This document shows positions 9,738-16,692 of a DNA stretch of 30,268 bases, piece by piece. The number at the start of each line of letters is the position of its first letter. Position 1 is the first letter of the stretch. The notes beneath the pieces are model-generated. The model made no database searches. It saw only the letters and a list, made by a program, of their open reading frames with translations, and was not told the origin of the DNA. A program made the translations under genes and the position numbers. The DNA is from a virus (taxonomy: Duplodnaviria; Caudoviricetes), in the IMG/VR virus record IMGVR_UViG_3300036713_000669, positions 1 through 30,268 of that record; one strand, 5' to 3'.

Positions 9738-10290
9738 CTTCGCTTAAAATACCTTGATATATATCAGAAAATATCTGTTCTTGCCTTGATTGTTCATCAA
9801 ATAGCTTTAAATATTTTGACAACATTATCCGACTATTATTTTTGTCAACAAACTTGTATTGTACAACAGTTTTTTTCTCACCATCTTTTTCTGTTTGCGT
9901 CACTTGTAGATTTTGAATAGCACTGGAGCAATGACTAGGGAGTTGGTGAATTGGAATAAGGTTTCCATTCTCATCGAATAGATCGCTAGGATTGAAAAAA
10001 GCACTCTCCGCAATTGATTGTATAACCTTTTCTGAAGTTATCGCATATTTATCTTTAATTTCATCCAGTAAATTTTTTAACTCCTCTTGCACTGGAGTTG
10101 AGTTAAAGTATCTATGGGCTAAATTTCTGATAGTATTCCAATTTTTCCCTTTATGTTGCGGGAAGGTCGCTAAAAACGACTTCTTGACATTTTGGGATGC
10201 CAAATAATGGGCACAAAAAATCTCTTGGTTTTTAACTGATATGTCGAATCTATTCGGTATCACCTCTAACTGATTTGATAAGGTTTCCAT
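9715..10290 (-). CDS. terS: Terminase small subunit
   Basis: N-terminal HTH (QEIFCAHYL...), then ITSEKVIQSIAESAFFNPSDLFDENGNLIPIHQLP...KFVDK..S..ML.KYL, typical of Terminase_2-like TerS. Confidence 0.85.
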   Translation of the reverse strand: METLSNQLEVIPNRFDISVKNQEIFCAHYLASQNVKKSFLATFPQHKGKNWNTIRNLAHRYFNSTPVQEELKNLLDEIKDKYAITSEKVIQSIAESAFFNPSDLFDENGNLIPIHQLPSHCSSAIQNLQVTQTEKDGEKKTVVQYKFVDKNNSRIMLSKYLKLFDEQSRQEQIFSDIYQGILSEDEDNLQK

Positions 10291-11781
10291 ATGTTCCCTT
10301 CTGACGTAAAAGATAAATTAAAGGCTTGTTTCTCAAGTCAAGAGTGGCGGCTAAACAACTTATACTACATAATCGACAGAGAAGGTAAGAAAGTGTTGTT
10401 TAAATGCCGCCCACAGCAAAAAATGTTATTTGATGATATGAAGGATTTTAACATTATTTTGAAGGCACGCCAATTAGGTTTCTCAACCGCTATATGTATA
10501 TATATATTGGATAGCTGCTTATTTAAATCAAATGTACGCGCCGCCATCATTACGCATACAAGAGAAGATTCTCAATTTTTGTTTAGGGATAAGATAAAAT
10601 TTGCGTACAACAGTTTGCCGGCGATGATAAAAAAACAAGTGCAAGCTGACACAAACACCAGCTCAGTTGTTTATTTTAGCAATAATAGCAATATCCGAGT
10701 CGGGACTTCAATGCGTTCAAGCACACTAAATATCTTGCATGTTAGTGAGTTGGGTAAAATATCCGTAAAATATCCCGAAAAAGCACGCGAGATTAAAACT
10801 GGTGCTTTTAATGCAATCCATGATGGCCAAAAAGTCTTTGTTGAATCTACAGCCGAAGGGAAGGTGGGCTTGTTCTACGAATTATGTAAGGCCGCTGAAA
10901 ACAACACATTGGGCAATAATGTCAAAATGTTCTTTTTCCCTTGGCATGACAACCCTGATTATAGATTGTCCAATGCAAAATTGAACCTTACTGATTCTGA
11001 GCGCGAATATTTTGACCGGCTGAAAACTGTGAAAGAACTTGGATTAACAATGCCACAAAAATATTGGTATGTAAACAAATGGCGTAAACAAAGATTAGGA
11101 GGCGGAGACTCAATGCATCAGGAATATCCATCGTATCCAGAAGAGGCTTTTGAAATACCTATTGTTGGGGCGTATTTCGGCAAGGAAATTGCCAAATTGT
11201 ATGACGAAGGCAGGATAACGTCATTTTCACATGAACCCTCAGTACCAGTGAATACCTTTTGGGATATTGGTTATAATGACACAACCGCGATATGGTTTCA
11301 TCAAAGAATCGGGTTAGAGGATAGGTTTATAGATTATTATGAAGAGAATGGTGAGGTCTTGGCGCATTATGTAAAGATGCTGACAAATAAGCCGTATGTT
11401 TATGGGGGCCACTTTCTCCCGCATGATATAAAGGTTCACGATATTAGTAGGCCGGATAGAAAAAGTCGGCTAGAGGTATTGGCAGAGTTGGGATTGAGAA
11501 ATCTTTATGTAGTGCCAAAGGCTAAAGATTTGTCAAATTCAGTGGAGATGATCAGGGAAGTATTGCCGAGCTGTTGGTTTGAAAAAGAAAAATGTGCCCA
11601 CGGATTATCTGCGCTTGAAAATTATAGAAAAACTTGGAGTGATGCACTAGACAGATTCACTAAACCATTCCACAATTGGGCCTCAAATGGTACTGATGCC
11701 TTTAGGATGTTTGCTACCGGATATATACCGGAGTTGAAAAAAAGTAAAGGTCGAGAGAGGCAGAACTGGAAAACAGTTTAG
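10291..11781 (+). CDS. terL: Terminase large subunit
   Basis: WRLNNLY, Walker A ILKARQLGFST, Walker B ILHVSELG, ESTAEG coupling motif, QEYPS.PEEAF, nuclease WDIG..D and H.WASNGTDAFR. Confidence 0.95.
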   Translation: MFPSDVKDKLKACFSSQEWRLNNLYYIIDREGKKVLFKCRPQQKMLFDDMKDFNIILKARQLGFSTAICIYILDSCLFKSNVRAAIITHTREDSQFLFRDKIKFAYNSLPAMIKKQVQADTNTSSVVYFSNNSNIRVGTSMRSSTLNILHVSELGKISVKYPEKAREIKTGAFNAIHDGQKVFVESTAEGKVGLFYELCKAAENNTLGNNVKMFFFPWHDNPDYRLSNAKLNLTDSEREYFDRLKTVKELGLTMPQKYWYVNKWRKQRLGGGDSMHQEYPSYPEEAFEIPIVGAYFGKEIAKLYDEGRITSFSHEPSVPVNTFWDIGYNDTTAIWFHQRIGLEDRFIDYYEENGEVLAHYVKMLTNKPYVYGGHFLPHDIKVHDISRPDRKSRLEVLAELGLRNLYVVPKAKDLSNSVEMIREVLPSCWFEKEKCAHGLSALENYRKTWSDALDRFTKPFHNWASNGTDAFRMFATGYIPELKKSKGRERQNWKTV

Positions 11782-11800
11782 TGAAATAGCTTTGCGTCTC

Positions 11801-11860
11801 TTGGGGCGGGTGGGCGGGGACATAAAGAGGGTGAATGTTTTTGGGGCGGGTGGGCGGGGA
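11801..11860 (+). repeat. Two GGGGCGGGTGGGCGGGG G-quadruplex-type repeats
   Basis: Exact copies at 11803-11819 and 11843-11859. Confidence 0.9.
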
Positions 11861-11869
11861 TAAAATGTT

Positions 11870-12217
11870 ATGAATGAATTGGTTCAAAAAATGGCTGAAA
11901 TTGAAAAGCACCTTGCGAGTCAAAATGGGAGCTTTAAACTTTTCGCCTTATTTCTTAGAGATGGATCGCCAGACAAGTGGGATGTTTTGGTTTCTGCCGA
12001 CTGGATTAATGCTGATAAACGACAAGCATTGAAGATAATTGTCCAACAATTGACCACTAAACTCAATAAAGATGAACTCATATCTTTGTCTCGCGTTGTT
12101 GTTATTGATAAAGACAATCAAGGTTTATCTGAAATAAACACTGAAATACATGACGAGAACATCTTAGGTTTAGATATAAAGTATGGGTTTTTAATTTCAT
12201 CTCAAGGGATAAAATAG
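11870..12217 (+). CDS. Conserved hypothetical (moron-like) protein
   Basis: 115-aa ORF with FALFLRDGSPDKWDVLVSA.W motif; flanked by G-rich direct repeats. Confidence 0.75.
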   Translation: MNELVQKMAEIEKHLASQNGSFKLFALFLRDGSPDKWDVLVSADWINADKRQALKIIVQQLTTKLNKDELISLSRVVVIDKDNQGLSEINTEIHDENILGLDIKYGFLISSQGIK

Positions 12218-12229
12218 TTCTTGTGTTTC

Positions 12230-12296
12230 TTGGGGCGGGTGGGCGGGGACACTATAGGGAGGGCGGGCGGGGATATCGGGTGTGGTGGGCGGGGAC
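12230..12296 (+). repeat. Three further G-rich repeats (one exact, two variants)
   Basis: 12232-12248 exact; 12257-12272 GGGAGGGCGGGCGGGG; 12278-12294 GGGTGTGGTGGGCGGGG. Confidence 0.9.
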
Positions 12297-12504
12297 TACT
12301 ATGTTGCTTGTTTATGCAATAGAGTATGGACGCTTAAATTTATCGAAGTTATTTGAATGCTGGCGCGAATTACTAAAGTTGTAGCTGAAGGTGGTTTACT
12401 GCTGGTATGAAATATTGAAGTGGTAGTTTGTAGCGCAAGTATGAGATTGATAGCACTTTGGAAATTTTGAAAAACCGAGATAGCACGCGGGCTACGGCGT
12501 ACCA

Positions 12505-12930
12505 TTTAAATAAAACCCTTATTTATCAATACCGTACAAAGATATGGGGTTGGCGCGGTTAAGCAAAAATCCAACCCCAAGCTCAACCCCAAGAGCCATT
12601 TATATATAAAACAATGACTTAACCCCCAAATACGGTTGGCGGGGTTAAAAAGCCTCTATATATATATAGGGGTGTAATATAGAGGATTTCCTAATATTTT
12701 GACTCCCTATACGTGTGGATATAGACTTTCAACCCCGTCAACCCCACTTGAAATAAATACTCTTTAAAAACAATGATTTATAAAAAATCAAAAACTTGGA
12801 TTTTTTTGGAAAAAAAAATAAGAAATTCCGTAAGTATTTGTTCTATATAGAAAACTTGGTGATTTGGCGGCTATGGGGTTGAAAGTGGGGTTGGGATGGG
12901 GTTGAAGTGGGGTTGGAAATTTCAACCCCA
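12505..12930. promoter_or_regulatory. Putative replication origin (GGGGTTG iterons in both orientations, IHF-like boxes, central AT palindrome)
   Basis: GGGGTTG/CAACCCC at 12546, 12572, 12584, 12730, 12739, 12875, 12887, 12898, 12909, 12923; AAAACAATGA(C/T)TTA twice; cctctatatatatatagggg at 12653-12672; no credible ORF. Confidence 0.6.
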
Positions 12931-13027
12931 TATGATGGCTTGTGCCCATAACTATATTAGCGATTGATGATATTGGGCGATAAGATATGCTGGTTTGAAA
13001 CAATGAAAAAAATTGGAGGCAAATATA

Positions 13028-13444
13028 GTGAGTGAATTTTTGATTGACTTCGATGAGTACAAACAGGAATATATAACTGAGCACTTTAAGATTTCTGAGT
13101 TTAGATCAAAGGATGGCGCGGAGATGTCGGATGAGGTGAGGTTTAACATTGTGACATTAGCCAAACAACTAGAGGTTTTGCGTAGTGTCTTAAAAGTGCC
13201 GATACACATTAATAGTGGATATCGTAGCACGGCATACAATCTAGCAGTCGGCGGTGTGTATAACAGTTATCACGTATTGGGTAAAGCTGCCGACATATGG
13301 ACAAAAGAAGTGCGGCCTAAAGAGATAGCATCAACCTTACAATCTTTAATGCGTAACGGAGACATATATATTGGCGGTATTGGTTTGTACAAAACGTTTG
13401 TGCATTATGATATTAGGCTACAGCATAGGTTTTGGTATGGTTAA
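13028..13444 (+). CDS. Peptidase M15A-family endolysin (D-Ala-D-Ala carboxypeptidase fold)
   Basis: HFKISEF, PIHINSGYRS..YN..VGG..NSYH..GKAADI, GIGLY.TFVHYD.R; GGAGG RBS before GTG 13028. Confidence 0.88.
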   Translation: MSEFLIDFDEYKQEYITEHFKISEFRSKDGAEMSDEVRFNIVTLAKQLEVLRSVLKVPIHINSGYRSTAYNLAVGGVYNSYHVLGKAADIWTKEVRPKEIASTLQSLMRNGDIYIGGIGLYKTFVHYDIRLQHRFWYG

Positions 13445-13449
13445 AATTG

Positions 13450-13522
13450 TGGGCCTGGTAGGACTCGAACCTACAACCAATCAATAATGAGTCAAGTGCT
13501 CTACCAATTGAGCTACAGGCCC
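13450..13522 (-). tRNA. tRNA with CAT anticodon (Ile2/Met-like), atypical anticodon arm, possibly pseudo
   Basis: GGGCCTG acceptor stem paired with CAGGCCC, D arm GCTC-AATTGGTA-GAGC, T arm GTAGG-TTCGAGT-CCTAC; anticodon loop CTCATTA; 3' end ACAA. Confidence 0.85.
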
Positions 13523-13560
13523 TTTAATAAAGTGAACATATTACCAGATTGGCCAAAGGA

Positions 13561-13589
13561 TTGACAGTATTTGCTCTGGGCTTTAAAAT
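13561..13589 (+). promoter_or_regulatory. Near-consensus sigma70 promoter upstream of the mini-array
   Basis: TTGACA-17 bp-TAAAAT. Confidence 0.75.
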
Positions 13590-13631
13590 ACTCGCGGCAT
13601 AAATTGCTTTAAATAGGCAAGCGAGTATGAT

Positions 13632-13723
13632 GTTACAGAACCCTATAAGGGGTTATGAGTCAAACGGATGGCTGGATAGTTATGGAAAACCTCAAGTTAC
13701 AGAACCCCATGAGGGATATAGAT
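13632..13723 (+). CRISPR. Cas-less single-spacer CRISPR-like mini-array (28-bp repeat, 36-bp spacer, degenerate repeat)
   Basis: R1 GTTACAGAACCCTATAAGGGGTTATGAG (13632-13659), spacer 13660-13695, R2 GTTACAGAACCCCATGAGGGATATAGAT (13696-13723); 21/28 identical; AACCC/GGGTT hairpin. Confidence 0.65.
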
Positions 13724-13764
13724 GCACGCGAACCCAACACCTTAATTGAAATAAGCAAAAAGAC

Positions 13765-13794
13765 TTGACACGCTCTATCTTAAATTGAGATAAT
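13765..13794 (+). promoter_or_regulatory. Second sigma70-like promoter
   Basis: TTGACA-18 bp-GATAAT with TGn extension. Confidence 0.55.
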
Positions 13795-13799
13795 CCGCT

Positions 13800-13965
13800 A
13801 TGATTTAAACTATACCTCAAGCGGTTAGTAAGGTGATGCATTTGGGCAAAAATGTGGTGTAAATACCACATATCCTCTCCTTCCTCTGCTAAAAGTCCGG
13901 AGTCGTTTGTCCCACCTTAAATTAATCGTGTGTGCCGTCGTTGGTAGCGGCGGCATACCTTATTC
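13800..13965 (+). ncRNA. Candidate ~160-nt small RNA
   Basis: Promoter upstream, internal ATGTGGT-gtaaat-ACCACAT hairpin, CT-rich tract, terminal 13-bp hairpin 13930-13958 whose G-U pairs favour the + strand. Confidence 0.4.
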
Positions 13966-14181
13966 TTAATTCTCAATCAGTTTATCCTTAACTTTGTTGT
14001 AACGATAAAGCTTATACTTCTCAACTAAGTTATTGAAAGCTGTATCCAGATTTACAGTACCCCATTCTGGAGTCAATTCACTTCTGATTACTGCCCACCG
14101 ATTCATCCCAATATTGGTACAGCCAACTATAGCGTATTCACATTCCGTTAATGTGATCCAATCTTCATCATTTTCAGCCAC
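13966..14181 (-). CDS. Hypothetical protein
   Basis: 71-aa ORF with AAGGA RBS; divergent from the holin. Confidence 0.55.
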   Translation of the reverse strand: MAENDEDWITLTECEYAIVGCTNIGMNRWAVIRSELTPEWGTVNLDTAFNNLVEKYKLYRYNKVKDKLIEN

Positions 14182-14245
14182 AATATTATCCTTTTATGTT
14201 AATTTGGGCGATATCAATACTAATAATAACTTATGGAGTGAAAAA

Positions 14246-14608
14246 ATGGTAGATTGGAATCCAATTGTCGATTTTGTTAATATACTCGTAGGATTTTTGC
14301 CATACTTATTTTTAGGGATATTGGGCGGCGTAGTGGGATTGTTTATGAATGGCACTTGCGATAACGGCTGTGGTATCGTCATCGTAATAAAACGATGTGT
14401 AGTCTCTGCATTTGTTTCTTGCCTAGCATTTTTTTTAGCCTCAGAGCTTGCGCTAACAGATAACTATAAGATGTTGTTGGTGGGAGTGTCTGGGTTTGTG
14501 TCGTTAGATATATTGCCGTTGCTTCGGGAATATACGCTAAAGTTTTTTGAAGGGTGGGCTAAAGGAGAAAAGGGGACTCCCTTAAATAAGAGGATTGGTA
14601 ATGTATAA
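14246..14608 (+). CDS. Putative holin (LydA-like)
   Basis: Several hydrophobic helices (LFLGILGGVVG, VVSAFVSCLAFF, LLVGVSGF), basic C-terminus; GGAG RBS before ATG 14246. Confidence 0.7.
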   Translation: MVDWNPIVDFVNILVGFLPYLFLGILGGVVGLFMNGTCDNGCGIVIVIKRCVVSAFVSCLAFFLASELALTDNYKMLLVGVSGFVSLDILPLLREYTLKFFEGWAKGEKGTPLNKRIGNV

Positions 14609-15131
14609 CATAATCTTTACAATAGAAGATATGCATGGCGCAAAATTAATGGCACTTTTGCAATACCTAAAGAGTAAGTTTAGGTTTGTGCATTTAATAC
14701 CGGAGATGCGGAAAGTGGATGGGCGCGTAGCATATCAGGGCAATGTAAGTACTTTGCCCGCAGTAAGAACCTTGAGGTCGGAATTAAGTATTATAGGTGT
14801 GGATTGTGACGTGATAGGAGTCTGGCAGACGGAGGGTAAGAACGCGGGATTACAGCAGGGATACACATTAGCGAATGTGACTGATGATATCGCCCCAGAA
14901 TACAAAGTGGTTAGGGCTAAGGTTGTGGAGCAAACAGACCTCTCTGTTATTGATGAGGCAATAGTCCACCCGTTTAATTTCAATGAATACCGTAAATTTT
15001 TAATTGACCGAGTGACGGTTAATGATGAACATAAAGTTGTGCGGAGTAGGCCCACCGCAAGGGAGGCTCAAGACACACAGGTGGCCTCTTTTTTTGCAAA
15101 TAAAAAAAGGGACTTAACAACTTATGTGTAG
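14601..15131 (+). CDS. Hypothetical protein, distant third paralog of the 1860-2971 pair
   Basis: Shares MYNxIF, PE.R..GR.AYQGN, IGVW...G.NAG.QQGY, RPT..EA...QV..F, RDL.TY. Confidence 0.8.
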   Translation: MYNIIFTIEDMHGAKLMALLQYLKSKFRFVHLIPEMRKVDGRVAYQGNVSTLPAVRTLRSELSIIGVDCDVIGVWQTEGKNAGLQQGYTLANVTDDIAPEYKVVRAKVVEQTDLSVIDEAIVHPFNFNEYRKFLIDRVTVNDEHKVVRSRPTAREAQDTQVASFFANKKRDLTTYV

Positions 15132-15135
15132 CAAT

Positions 15136-15168
15136 AAAAAACGGCACCCAACCTTGTTGAGTGCCGTT
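15136..15168. terminator. Hairpin terminator between convergent genes
   Basis: AACGGCAC...GTGCCGTT stem with an A-run on the left (U-tract on the minus strand). Confidence 0.65.
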
Positions 15169-15190
15169 ATGAGAGCGATGTTAGCGGGGG

Positions 15191-15418
15191 CTAAGCGCTA
15201 ACAGTTGCAGGGTACTGATCAACCAGGATGTGGGTTTGGTTTAGGCATTGGCAATCACAATCTAATTCGCACTTAACCAAATCAACTAAGGCCGCTATAG
15301 CAGCGTTTTGGTCATCATAACCAATCGCGATAAAAGCGGGTATTTCAGGGGCGTAAACAGTCCATCTCTGGGTGACTTGATTACATATTGACTTGAGTTT
15401 GTATTGATTAACGGACAT
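15191..15418 (-). CDS. HicB-like antitoxin-fold protein (orphan)
   Basis: WTVYAPEIPAFIAIG.D...AIAAL pattern resembles the HicB partial RNase H fold; AAGGA RBS. Confidence 0.55.
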   Translation of the reverse strand: MSVNQYKLKSICNQVTQRWTVYAPEIPAFIAIGYDDQNAAIAALVDLVKCELDCDCQCLNQTHILVDQYPATVSA

Positions 15419-15525
15419 ATCTTATTCCTTTTCAGTTGTTAAGTCAAGTTAAACTTTAAATCCACCAGAGACATATTTAGGAGCGGCCATCCGGTGGATT
15501 TGTTTTGCCAACATAGGGGATTGGC

Positions 15526-15762
15526 TTACATAAAATGTAAAATTGGTGATGTTGTGCAAACATCTCCCATTTTAAGGATATCTAACCCCAAAAAATCTGT
15601 AATCTTTTTTAGACTCGCAAAAGAGATTTTTTGGCGATTTTCGACACGACTAACGAGAGAGGTAGATAATCCTACTTTTTTGGCCATATCGCATTGGCTT
15701 ATGAGCCGTCGCTTCCTGGCGTTTTTAATAACAGTTGAACTATCTTGTGTAAAATTATCCAT
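15526..15762 (-). CDS. XRE-family HTH regulator
   Basis: IKNARKRRLISQCDMAKKVGLSTSLVSRVEN...SLKKITDFL. Confidence 0.85.
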   Translation of the reverse strand: MDNFTQDSSTVIKNARKRRLISQCDMAKKVGLSTSLVSRVENRQKISFASLKKITDFLGLDILKMGDVCTTSPILHFM

Positions 15763-15775
15763 CCTTTTACCTTAG

Positions 15776-16483
15776 TTAAAGAACAGTTGTTAAGTCAAGG
15801 ATATTGAGTTTACAGCCCGGATGCGCTTTTTTGCATTGCGCCTCAAGGGCGATAGTAACCTCATTATCTGGCGCGTGTGATCTAAAGCGAAACAAATACT
15901 CTTGGCCAACATAAATTGTCTTGACCTCTTTGACTTGCAAATCAGAATGTTGAAGAACACTTGCGAGTGCGCGGTCAATATAAAACCATCCCCATTTTGT
16001 GCGGGTGATATTGATATCACGCTCTGCGCGACTAAGAGCGTGACTCTTGGCTTTCCAAAAAACTTGGAAAAAAGTAAGGTCTTTACGGGGTGGGTATTTA
16101 CGCCTTTCTTTTGCATCCAGGGCGTTATAAACGGCTATAAAACCTCGACCATTCCAACAGTCGTAACCGTCCGCTATCTTTTTGGGGGCTAGGCCAGAAC
16201 TCTTCAGCTCAGGGAGAGTTTTCATGATTGGCGGCCTATTTGTGTAAACATAATGCTCAAACACCCAAACTTTAGTTTTAGCGTTCCACTTGTACCCAAG
16301 TTGCTGCATTAAAAAAAGAATGCCCTCGCGATCAAGGTTGGGCGGTGTATCGCCGAAAATCTGAGGACTTGAGTTTAAGTGATCGGCCTTAAACTTGAGA
16401 ACCTTCATATTTTCGGCAATTTTTTTGATAGCAGCTTTCCACTTGGGGTTTTTATACCACCTTTGGTTGGTTGCATTTTTCAT
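15776..16483 (-). CDS. Hypothetical protein
   Basis: 235-aa ORF with ATGA overlap to the upstream gene. Confidence 0.7.
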   Translation of the reverse strand: MKNATNQRWYKNPKWKAAIKKIAENMKVLKFKADHLNSSPQIFGDTPPNLDREGILFLMQQLGYKWNAKTKVWVFEHYVYTNRPPIMKTLPELKSSGLAPKKIADGYDCWNGRGFIAVYNALDAKERRKYPPRKDLTFFQVFWKAKSHALSRAERDINITRTKWGWFYIDRALASVLQHSDLQVKEVKTIYVGQEYLFRFRSHAPDNEVTIALEAQCKKAHPGCKLNILDLTTVL

Positions 16484-16683
16484 CGAACCTTACCCTCTTC
16501 TAGTGCCGCAACTACCCGCGCCAATAACTTGGCGGTTTTTATGGCGTTGGGGCTTTTGTCTATCAATGTCAAACTAATAGCCGCCCTTAACCCCTCGGTA
16601 AGTGCCATAAGAGAGAATCCTTCCTTGTTATCTAATTGCCTCACCTTAGCCCAACTTACTAACCCATCTGCTGTTATATTCAT
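16480..16683 (-). CDS. Hypothetical protein
   Basis: GAGG RBS, directly after the primase, coupled to the next gene. Confidence 0.6.
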   Translation of the reverse strand: MNITADGLVSWAKVRQLDNKEGFSLMALTEGLRAAISLTLIDKSPNAIKTAKLLARVVAALEEGKVR

Positions 16684-16692
16684 ACAAACACC

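Noticed and set aside
13450-13522. tRNA as an attP/att remnant
   Set aside because: Full-length gene, no duplicated 3' fragment and no integrase in the window.
13660-13695. Self-targeting by the mini-array spacer
   Set aside because: Only short matches seen by eye (10 nt near 12946, 8 nt near 13814), which are expected by chance.
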